A DNA stretch of 63,506 bases, the filler included. It is 6 parts of 6 records of this genome, joined end to end, with 100 filler letters (N's around TTAATTAATTAA, not from the genome) between each part and the next. Parts side by side here need not be neighbours in the genome. Positions count along the whole stretch, not along the records: positions 45,140 to 58,147 come from SRR2962707_1624; positions 58,248 to 63,506 come from SRR2962707_1688; 4 more parts are not named here. One strand, written 5' to 3'. Below, piece by piece: positions 54,804 through 63,506 of the stretch (position 1 is its first letter; each line of letters begins with the position of its first letter). The notes under the pieces were generated by a model. That model saw nothing but the letters and a program-made list of their open reading frames with translations, had not been told where the DNA came from and did no database searches. Both the position numbers and the translations under genes were made by a program.

Positions 54804-57800
54804 GTGAAGAAGATTCTAATCGCTATCGGTGGGTTCCTCGTCCTTGTCGCTGGGGCGGTGCTGATTGTGCCGAACTTCATCGACTGGAATGCCTACAAAC
54901 CGGAAATATCAGAACAGGTCAGAAAATTTACCGGACGGGAATTGGTGATTGCGGGCGATATCGATCTCAAGGTGCTCCCCGCCCCGGCGCTGATCGCGGA
55001 AAAGGTCTCCCTCTCCAGTATCGAAGGTGCACAGTCACCGGATCTGGTCTCTCTTCGCTCCGTCGAAGTCCGTATCGCTCTGGCGCCGCTTTTGGGGGGC
55101 AACCTGAGCGTCGAAACGGTGCGGCTGGTTGAACCGCAGGTGCATCTCGAGGTTCTGACCGATGGCCGGGCCACCTGGGTATTCGAAGCGCCGGCCGCCA
55201 AGGGCGCCGAAGAACAGTCGGCGACCGACAGTTCGCCGTCGGGGAATGGGTCTTCATCCAAGACGGGGATCGCGATTGGCAATTTTGAAATTGTCGACGG
55301 GTCGCTCACCTATCAGGATGCCGCCTCGAAAACCCATGAGGTCATCAACGACATCGACGTCACGCTTGAGGCGGCGTCACTTGTTTCAGGACCTTTCCGC
55401 GCCCGTGGGTCGCTGGTCGCAAAAGGCATGCGGCTCGGGATCAATGCGGAAATCGGTGAAATCGTCGGTGGGCGCACGTTCCCGCTTGATCTCGGCGTGA
55501 TGGTCGGCGGCGATAGCGCCAAACTGAGCCTTGCCGGGACGGTGCTCAATCTGGATGAAGCACCGCGTTTTCGCGGCACGATGAAACTGGAAAGCCCGGA
55601 TATCGGCAAGGTCGTGAGCGCACTGGCCGATGGGGCAGCACTGCCGGCACCGTTGAGCCAGTCTCTCTTGATGAACGGCACGCTCGATGCCTCTGCAACC
55701 GCACTGGCGCTGGACGATCTCAGCCTCAACTTCGGCGGCGCCATGGGGAAGGGCAAGGTATCGGGCAATTTCAACGGTGTGCCGAAAATCACCGGCGAGA
55801 TGAAGATCGACAAGATCGATGCCGAACCCTGGCTGAAAACAGTAACGCCCCCTGAATCTTCGGGGAGTAGCGAATCAGCCGCGAAAACGGCTGCCGGCGG
55901 ATCGAAGCCTGCAACTGCCGGGACCGACACCGCTGCCGCGGCGACGCCGTTTGCCATGCCGTCGGGGATCGCCGCGTCGCTGTCGGTCAGGATCGGCGAG
56001 ATTTCATTGATGGGCGACAAGATCAGCAATGCCGTCCTGAATGCCGACCTTGCGAACGGTGAACTCAACCTGTCGCAGTTGTCGTTGCAGGGGCCGGGCG
56101 GCGCCGATCTGGCGGTATTCGGTTTCCTGACCGCGAAGGACGGCAAGCCGTCATTCGACGGGCAGGTTCAGGCCAAGGTGGCCGAGCCGCAGACCCTGAT
56201 GAAATGGGCGGGTGTGGATACCGCTGCCCTGAAGCCCGGAAAGCCGGGCGCGACGAGCCTGAATGTGGAAGCGGGCGTCACGCCGGATACGGTGGTCGTC
56301 CGCAAACTGGCGCTGGCTTTTGACAAGACCAACGTGAACGGGGCCGCGAATATTCTGCTGCGTCAACGTCTTGGGCTGGGCGCGTCGGTGGTCGTCGATC
56401 AGATCGATCTCGATGCCTATCTGGCGGATACCCCGGCCGCGGCAGAAACACCTTCGTCGTCGGTACCGGAAAGCGGCGCATCCAATGAAACCCCCGCCGA
56501 CGGCAAGGCGCCTAACCCTGGCGATACCGGCGACGGCGGCATGTTCGATGCGCTCAGACCGCTGGCGGATTTCGATGCCAACGTGCGCGTCAATGTCGGA
56601 ATGCTGAAAACCTCAGGCATTCCGATCCGTGATGTCGCAGCCGATCTCAGCCTTGTGAAGGGCGATCTGACGATCAACAAATTTACCGTAGCCGATGTGC
56701 TGTCGTCCGGGGTATCGATGAGCGGTGCGCTTCTGGGGCTGGACCGGACACCCACGGCCAAGGCCCTGGCGCTGCGTGCCGAACTCCGTGATCCCGCGAA
56801 AATCGCCGCCCTCGCGGGCGCCGAACTGCCGGTCCCGGCGAAAACCCTCGGCAAGATCAATATCGCCACCGACGTCAACGGCAGCCTGACCGAACCGTCC
56901 CTGAATTCGACCATCAAGGCGATGGCGGCAACCCTGCAGGCGGACGGCAATCTGAAGCTGCTGGACCCGGCCAACATGTTCAATCTGGGCCTCAGGCTGC
57001 GGCATGCCGATACGGCAGGTTTGCTCCGGAAATTCGGTTCCGATTACCGGCCATCCGGCGATATCGGCGGGGTCGATCTGTCGACGACGGTCAAGGGCGG
57101 CCCGTCGGCTTTCACGTTCTCGAAGCTGGCAGCTGCGCTGGGGGCGGTAAAAATCAACGGTGAGGGGACGGTCAACCTGTCCGGAGCACGCCCAAAGGTC
57201 GTCACCACGCTGACGACCGGCAATGTGGTCGTCGATCCGTTCCTGCCGGCCAAGAAGTCCGCATCCCTTGATCCCGCCCAACCGGCCCGTGTCATGCCGG
57301 CCCGGTTCATCGTGCCGGAAGGCGGGCAGGCCGGTCTCAAACACCTGATTGCGACGATCTCCGAACGCTGGTCGACGGCACCGGTCGATCTGTCTGTGCT
57401 GAAGGCTGCCGATGCGGACATCACCCTGACCGCGCCCCGGATTTCCTATCACGAGTATAACCTCGACGGGGCCAAACTGTTGGGGGGCATTGAAAACGGG
57501 CTGCTCAAGGTCAACGAGTTTTCCGGTGTGGTCTTTGGCGGTTCGGTGCAGTCACAGGCAAGCGTGAATGCATCGGGGCCGAAGCCGACGCTGGCGGGGC
57601 TGATCACGCTCGGCAACATGGACGTCGGCGCCGCCTCAAAGGCTGCCGGAATTGCCGGAACGACCGGCAAGCTGACGACCCGTATCGACGTCGCGACAGC
57701 CGGCAACAGCGTAGCGGAATGGGTCGGCGCACTGGACGGCAAGGGTGCGATCGAGGTCCGGGGAATCAAGGGGCAGTCGTCGCTCAACGACCTGCCGGTG

Positions 57801-58147
57801 ATCGGTCTGGCGCTCGGACCGCTGATGCAGGTTTTCGAAGTACTCAACTCCGGCCTTGGCAGCATCATCGGTGCCGGCGGCAAGACCAAGATCGGCGAAA
57901 CCGACGTCACCAGTTCGTTCACGATATCCAACGGCAAGATCAACACCAAGGACACCAAGATACTGTCGAACATTTATGAAGGGGATATCTCGGGCGACAT
58001 CAACCTGCCGCTATGGTCGATGAACATCGGCGGCACGATGAAGGTCGATCAGGGGCTGCTGGGCGCGGTGCTTTCGAACGTGGCACGCCTGCCGACGGAA
58101 ATCCCGTTCCAGGTCACCGGCAACATCGACAAGCCGAACGTCAAGAT
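54804..58147 (+). CDS. AsmA-family protein (3' truncated)
   Basis: N-terminal anchor KKILIAIGGFLVLV...PNFIDWNAYK...TGREL.I.GD, then a long beta-rich body; GTG start after GGGAG. Confidence 0.88.
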
Positions 58148-58247
58148 NNNNNNNNNNNNNNNNNNNNNNNNNNNNNNNNNNNNNNNNNNNNTTAATTAAT
58201 TAANNNNNNNNNNNNNNNNNNNNNNNNNNNNNNNNNNNNNNNNNNNN
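58148..58247. other. Artificial contig spacer
   Basis: N44-TTAATTAATTAA-N44. Confidence 0.99.
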
Positions 58248-58367
58248 GGCTGGACCGTGGTCACCAAGGACCGCAAGCTGTCCGCTCAGTGGGAGCATAC
58301 CATCGCGGTCACCGCCAACGGCTACGAGGTGCTGACCGCGCGCGACGAGGAACAGGACCTGTATTGA
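58248..58367 (+). CDS. map: Methionine aminopeptidase, C-terminal fragment (not in the ORF track)
   Basis: [30 protein letters not shown]; upstream of glnD as usual. Confidence 0.93.
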   Translation, partial: GWTVVTKDRKLSAQWEHTIAVTANGYEVLTARDEEQDLY

Positions 58368-58486
58368 GCCGTTGGTGTCATCCCCGGTTTGTGTAGAATG
58401 AGCGGACGGCACCGCCATCCCGGTGGCTCGTCCAATCCGGAGGCCGGCCTTGCGCCGGCCCCTTCTTTTATGTGGCAGGTTCCAGC

Positions 58487-61180
58487 ATGACGTTGACGCC
58501 CCCTCTGAGCCAGTCCGACCTTCTTGCACGCCTGCGCGATGCCGACCAGCCGGGACAGGCCGCCCGGGCTTACCTGGAGGAAGGGCAGGCGCGCCTGGAC
58601 GCCGCTTTTGACCAGACCCCGATCGAGGATCTGGTGCACGGCCGCGCCACCCTGGTGGACCGGGTCCTCATCGCCGCCTGGTCCCTGTTCGGTCTGGACC
58701 ATTTGAGCGACGCCGCTCTGGTGGCCGTGGGCGGCTACGGCCGCGGCGAACTGCACCCCTATTCCGATGTGGACCTGATGGTGCTGTTCCGCCAGCGCCC
58801 GGACGAACAGGCCTGCGGGTCCCTGGAAGGTTTCGTGGCCTTTCTTTGGGACATTGGCCTGGAAATCGGCCACAGCGTACGCTCCCTTGACGAGTGCGTG
58901 GCCCTGGCGGCCGAGGACATCACCGTCGCCACCAACATCATGGAGGCACGCACCCTGGCCGGCGACAACGCGGTCCTGACCGCTCTGGCCGAACACACCG
59001 CCCCGGACCGGATGTGGCCGGCGGACCGCTTCTTCGCCGCCAAATGGGATGAGCAGACCGCCCGCCACGCCAAACACAACGACACCGAATACAACCTGGA
59101 ACCGGACCTCAAGAACGCCCCCGGCGGCCTGCGTGATTTTCAAATGATCTCCTGGGTGGCACAGCGGCATTTTGGCGCCGACAGCATCGATACCATGGTC
59201 GAAGCCGGTTTTATCACCCGCAAGGAACACGCGCTGCTGCAAAAATGGCTGGCCGAGCTGTGGCGCATCCGCTGGGCGCTGCACTCGCTCACCGGCCGCA
59301 ATGAAAACCGGCTGCTGTTCGATCATCAACGGCAACTGGCGGACCGCCTCGGATATCGGGATTCCGACGCCAACCTGGCGGTTGAGCATTTCATGAAAGG
59401 GTTCTACCGGGTGGCGCTGGCCATGTCGGTGTTCAATGAAATGCTGCTGCAATTGTTCGACGAAGCGATTCTGCGCTCCGGTACGCCGGAACAAAAGCGT
59501 CCGCTCAACCGCCGCTTCCAGGCACGTAATGACTACCTGGAAATCAGCGCTCCGGACGTATTTCAGAAGCACCCATCGGCGATGCTGGAAATGTTCGTGC
59601 TGCTGGCGCAGAACCCGGACCTGAAAGGCATTCGCGCGGAGACTATTCGCGCGCTGATCGAAGCCCGGCCCACCATCGACGATGCGTTCCGTAACGATCC
59701 CGCCAACACCGCCCTGTTCATGCAGCTGCTGCGCAGCCCTCACTCGTTGTTCACCCAGTTGCGTCGGATGAAGCGCTACGGGCTGCTCGGCAAATACCTA
59801 CCCGAGTTCGGCCGCATCATCGGCATGATGCAGTACGATCTGTTCCATATTTACACCGTCGATGCCCATACCCTGCTGGTGATCAAGAACATGCGCCGGC
59901 TGCGTTACGACGACATGCGCGAGACGTTCCCGCTGGCCAGCGAAGTGTTTTACCGACTGCCGAAACCGGAACTGCTGTATGTCGCCGGCCTCTACCACGA
60001 CATCGCCAAGGGCCGCGGCGGTGATCACTCCGAACTGGGAGCCGAGGACGCCATCGCCTTTTGCCAGCGCCACGGCCTCAGCAACTGGGACGGCAAACTG
60101 GTGGCCTGGCTGGTCCGCAACCATCTGACCATGAGCGTCACCGCCCAGCGCAAGGACATTTCCGACCCGGACGTGGTGCACGAGTTCGCCCGCGTGGTCG
60201 GCGATCTGGTGCACCTGGACTATCTTTACGTACTCACCGTGGCGGACATCAACGCCACCAATCCGAACCTGTGGAATTCCTGGCGCGCTTCGTTGTTGCG
60301 CCAACTGTACGTGGAAACCAAGCGCGCCCTGCGCCGCGGCCTGAACAACCCGCTGGATAAACAGGACTGGGTCGACGAAACCCACGAAGCGGCGCTTAAG
60401 ATGCTGGTGGATCGCGACCAGGATCCGCAGGCGGTGGAGGCTTTGTGGGCCAACATCGGCGACGAGTATTTTCTTCGCGAAACCCCCTGGGATATCGCCT
60501 GGCACACCGAGGCGCTGCTCGGCCGCCCCAACCCGGAAGATCCACTGGTGCTGATCCGCGAAAACCAGATGGGCCAGGGGCAAACCGAAGGCGGTTCGCA
60601 GATCTTCATCTACACGCCTGATACCCAGAACCTGTTCGCCGCCACCGTTAACGCCCTGGACAGCCTGGGCCTGACCATCATGGACGCCCGCATCATCACC
60701 AGCGCCGACGGCTTCAGCCTGGATACCTACATCGTCCTGGACGAGCATGGCACACCGATCGGCGATGACTGGCCGCGCATCGAACACATCCGCCAGACCC
60801 TGACCGAGACGCTCAAGCACCCGGAGAAGTTCGGCACCACGGTAAGCCGGCGCATGCCGCGCCGGCACAAGCATTTCGACGTGCCGACCCAGGTGGTGAT
60901 CAGCAACGACATTGTCAATGACCGCACCGTGGTGGACATCCACACTCTGGACCGCCCCGGCCTGCTGGCCCATATCGGTCGCATCTTCGTGCAGTTTGAG
61001 CTGCTGGTGCAGAATGCGCGCATCGCCACCCTGGGAGAGCGGGTCGAGGACGTGTTCTTCGTCACCGACCTCAACGGTGATCCGGTATCCGACCCGGAGC
61101 TATGCCAGCACCTGCAGGACACGCTCATGCGGGAACTGGACAAGCGCAATCAGAACGACACTTATTCCACCACTTTTTGA
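58487..61180 (+). CDS. glnD: [Protein-PII] uridylyltransferase
   Basis: AVGGYGRGELHPYSDVDL, GGLRD, YTVDAH, HDIAKGRGGDH and two ACT domains. Confidence 0.97.
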   Translation: MTLTPPLSQSDLLARLRDADQPGQAARAYLEEGQARLDAAFDQTPIEDLVHGRATLVDRVLIAAWSLFGLDHLSDAALVAVGGYGRGELHPYSDVDLMVLFRQRPDEQACGSLEGFVAFLWDIGLEIGHSVRSLDECVALAAEDITVATNIMEARTLAGDNAVLTALAEHTAPDRMWPADRFFAAKWDEQTARHAKHNDTEYNLEPDLKNAPGGLRDFQMISWVAQRHFGADSIDTMVEAGFITRKEHALLQKWLAELWRIRWALHSLTGRNENRLLFDHQRQLADRLGYRDSDANLAVEHFMKGFYRVALAMSVFNEMLLQLFDEAILRSGTPEQKRPLNRRFQARNDYLEISAPDVFQKHPSAMLEMFVLLAQNPDLKGIRAETIRALIEARPTIDDAFRNDPANTALFMQLLRSPHSLFTQLRRMKRYGLLGKYLPEFGRIIGMMQYDLFHIYTVDAHTLLVIKNMRRLRYDDMRETFPLASEVFYRLPKPELLYVAGLYHDIAKGRGGDHSELGAEDAIAFCQRHGLSNWDGKLVAWLVRNHLTMSVTAQRKDISDPDVVHEFARVVGDLVHLDYLYVLTVADINATNPNLWNSWRASLLRQLYVETKRALRRGLNNPLDKQDWVDETHEAALKMLVDRDQDPQAVEALWANIGDEYFLRETPWDIAWHTEALLGRPNPEDPLVLIRENQMGQGQTEGGSQIFIYTPDTQNLFAATVNALDSLGLTIMDARIITSADGFSLDTYIVLDEHGTPIGDDWPRIEHIRQTLTETLKHPEKFGTTVSRRMPRRHKHFDVPTQVVISNDIVNDRTVVDIHTLDRPGLLAHIGRIFVQFELLVQNARIATLGERVEDVFFVTDLNGDPVSDPELCQHLQDTLMRELDKRNQNDTYSTTF

Positions 61181-61200
61181 TCAAGGAGCGCCGGCGCCTC

Positions 61201-62382
61201 ATGAATCCGGATTTGGAGCAGCTGCATCCCTACCCTTTTGAAAAACTGGCGACGCTGTTCAACAAACTACCCGCCTCGGACAAAACTCCGGTGTCGTTTT
61301 CCATCGGCGAGCCGCAACATCCGGCACCGGAATTCGTGCAACAAGTGCTGCGCGAGAATACCGCTTTGCTGTCCCGCTATCCGGCCACCAACGGCCTGCC
61401 GGAACTGCGCCAGGCCATCGCGGACTGGCTGGTGCGCCGCTTCAAACTGACCACCGTGGACCAGGACCGGCAGGTGATTCCGGTAAATGGCACCCGCGAA
61501 GCGTTGTTCGCCTTCACTCAGGCCCTGCTGGACCGGCAGCGCCGGCCACTGGTACTGATGCCCAACCCCTTCTATCAAATCTACGAAGGCGCCACGCTGC
61601 TCGGCGGTGGCGAGCCGGTGTACCTGCCGTGCACCAGCGCCTCCGGCCTGCAACCGGATTTCGACGCGGTCGGTGAAGACGTTTGGATCCGCACTCAGTT
61701 GCTGTTCATCTGCACTCCGGGCAACCCCACCGGCGCCACCCTCTCCAAAGCACAGCTGAAAGCACTGATCCAACTGGCGGACAAATACGATTTTGTCATC
61801 GCCTCCGACGAGTGCTACTCGGAAATTTATCAGGACCGGGCCCCGGCCGGCCTGCTGCAGGCCTGCGCGGAAATGGGCCGCCACGACTATCGCCGCTGCG
61901 TGGTGTTTCACTCCCTGTCCAAACGCTCCAACCTGCCGGGATTGCGCTCCGGCTTCGTCGCCGGCGATGGCGAAATCCTGCAACGGTTCCTGCGCTACCG
62001 CACCTATCACGGCTGCGCCATGCCGGTCCATCACCAACTGGCCAGCATCGCCGCCTGGAACGATGAAACCCACGTGGAAACCAATCGGGCCCTGTACGTG
62101 GAAAAATTCCGCGCGGTGCTGGACATTCTCGGTGACGTACTTAAGGTATCCGCCCCGGACGCGGGCTTTTACCTGTGGCCGCGCACCCCCATCGACGACG
62201 AAAGTTTCGCCCGTCAATTAAAGGCGGAAGAGAACGTCACCGTGCTGCCCGGCCGCTATCTGTCTCGCACCGTGAACGGCCGCAACCCCGGTAATAACCG
62301 GGTGCGCATGGCGCTGGTGGCGGAACTGGACCAGTGCGTGGAAGGCGCCGAGCGCATGCGCGCGCTGATCAAGCGTCTGTAA
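61201..62382 (+). CDS. dapC: Succinyldiaminopimelate transaminase
   Basis: MNPDLEQLHPYPFEKL, NPFYQIYEGA, SDECYSE, SLSKRSNLPGLRSG. Confidence 0.93.
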   Translation: MNPDLEQLHPYPFEKLATLFNKLPASDKTPVSFSIGEPQHPAPEFVQQVLRENTALLSRYPATNGLPELRQAIADWLVRRFKLTTVDQDRQVIPVNGTREALFAFTQALLDRQRRPLVLMPNPFYQIYEGATLLGGGEPVYLPCTSASGLQPDFDAVGEDVWIRTQLLFICTPGNPTGATLSKAQLKALIQLADKYDFVIASDECYSEIYQDRAPAGLLQACAEMGRHDYRRCVVFHSLSKRSNLPGLRSGFVAGDGEILQRFLRYRTYHGCAMPVHHQLASIAAWNDETHVETNRALYVEKFRAVLDILGDVLKVSAPDAGFYLWPRTPIDDESFARQLKAEENVTVLPGRYLSRTVNGRNPGNNRVRMALVAELDQCVEGAERMRALIKRL

Positions 62383-62415
62383 CCGCCGGCATATGAACAC
62401 AGTATGGAGCTTACC

Positions 62416-62760
62416 GTGGCCACTACCCTTTACGGCATCAAGAACTGCGACACCATGAAGAAGGCCCGGGTCTGGCTGGACGACCAGGGCGTGGAGTACG
62501 TGTTTCACGATTACAAAAAGGAAGGCGTGCCGGAAGCGGAACTGCGCCGCTGGATCGATACCCTGGGTTGGGAAACCGTCATCAACCGTCGCGGCACCAC
62601 CTGGCGTAAACTGGATCAGGATGTGCGCGACAATATGGATGCCGAACAGGCCGTGCCCGTGGCGCTGGACAATCCATCCATTATCAAACGGCCGATCCTC
62701 CAGCACGGAGAGGCCCTGGTGGCCGGCTTCAACGCCGACCAATGGCAAGCCTTGTTCTAA
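62416..62760 (+). CDS. ArsC/Spx-family (YffB-like) protein
   Basis: LYGIKNCDTMKKA, NRRGTTWRKL, PSIIKRP; GTG start after GGAG (alternative ATG 62404). Confidence 0.9.
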   Translation: MATTLYGIKNCDTMKKARVWLDDQGVEYVFHDYKKEGVPEAELRRWIDTLGWETVINRRGTTWRKLDQDVRDNMDAEQAVPVALDNPSIIKRPILQHGEALVAGFNADQWQALF

Positions 62761-62824
62761 AAGAGTTTTGTTTTAATTAGCGTCGGGCGCCCCGGTCTGA
62801 CGTTCGACGCCAAAGGAGATTGTT

Positions 62825-63506
62825 ATGAGCACGATTTTCGCCTTCGCCCTGGGTTGCGGCACCAAGAACCGTGATGACAACTGGCTGGAAGTGTTTTATC
62901 CGGATCCTTACCTGAATCCGGATCCCAAACTGATTGAGGTCGTGCGTGAGGAAGTGGGCTACCAAGGCGGCAATGCCGCCCTGGAACTGACCCACCGCCA
63001 GGTGCAACACCTGGCCCGGGAATGGCGTGAAGCCGGTTTCGAACATGAGGCCAGCTATGCTGTGGCGTTCCAGGAATCCGAGCGACCGGTGGTGCTTACC
63101 ATCCTGGAAACCGATGCCGAGCCGGCCTCCACCCCGGAAGCCTATCTGAAGCTGCACCTGCTCTCCCATCGCCTGGTGAAACCCCACGGCGTGGTACTCA
63201 GCGGCATCTTCCCGCTGCTGCCGAACGTGGCCTGGACCAACGAAGGCGCGGTGGATCTGGAAGAGCTGCCGGAGCGTCAACTGCTGGCCCGCCTCAACGG
63301 CAAGCTGCTGGAAGTGAACAGCGTCGACAAGTTCCCGAAAATGACCGACTACGTGATCCCCACCGGCGTGCGCATAGCCGATACCGCCCGGGTCCGCCTC
63401 GGCGCCTATGTGGGCGAAGGCACCACCATCATGCACGAGGGCTTCATCAACTTTAACGCCGGCACCGAAGGCCCGGGCATGATCGAAGGCCGCATCTCCG
63501 CCGGCG
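62825..63506 (+). CDS. dapD: Tetrahydrodipicolinate N-succinyltransferase (3' truncated, not in the ORF track)
   Basis: ATG 62825 after AAGGAG; YLKLHLLSHRLVKPHG, VDKFPKMTDYV, VRIADTARVRLGAY.GEGTTIMHEGF. Confidence 0.95.
   Translation, partial: MSTIFAFALGCGTKNRDDNWLEVFYPDPYLNPDPKLIEVVREEVGYQGGNAALELTHRQVQHLAREWREAGFEHEASYAVAFQESERPVVLTILETDAEPASTPEAYLKLHLLSHRLVKPHGVVLSGIFPLLPNVAWTNEGAVDLEELPERQLLARLNGKLLEVNSVDKFPKMTDYVIPTGVRIADTARVRLGAYVGEGTTIMHEGFINFNAGTEGPGMIEGRISAG

Noticed and set aside
58440-58470. GGCCGGC-CTTGC-GCCGGCC hairpin with a T-rich tail between map and glnD as a riboswitch or attenuator
   Set aside because: Looks like a simple terminator-like hairpin; nothing supports a larger RNA structure.
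58322-59743. Long minus-strand ORFs opposite glnD (also 59798-60973, 61267-62217, 62777-63436, 47468-48592)
   Set aside because: Antisense shadows of well-identified plus-strand genes.

Overview
The window is not one locus. It holds six unrelated contigs joined by artificial 100-nt spacers (N44-TTAATTAATTAA-N44). (1) 1-6711: an alphaproteobacterial phage-satellite/PICI-like integrative element (integrase end, AlpA, Toprim primase, DUF3987 protein, HGGxSTG-like protein) carrying a DUF488 + dual-OB-like cargo pair, a candidate defence system. (2) 6812-15389: alphaproteobacterial housekeeping DNA (ABC-F, THUMP methyltransferase, BenE, OMP, glmM, MCP end). (3) 15490-25037: intron-rich protist DNA with an EF-hand gene and a membrane-tethered putative glycoside hydrolase. 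(4) 25138-45039: protist DNA with an ~18 kb spliced IP3-receptor-family channel gene. (5) 45140-58147: alphaproteobacterial glcDEF, sensor kinase, D-2-hydroxyacid dehydrogenase, glycerate kinase and AsmA. (6) 58248-63506: gammaproteobacterial map-glnD-dapC-ArsC family-dapD. The highlight is the IP3R-family channel. It carries a complete extra S1-S4 voltage-sensor domain (7 Arg at i+3 spacing) spliced in frame into its cytosolic scaffold. By manual comparison with remembered mammalian sequences, it has also lost key IP3-binding and activating Ca2+-binding residues, which makes it a candidate single-chain voltage-gated Ca2+-release channel. All family assignments come from motif recognition by eye; no searches were run.
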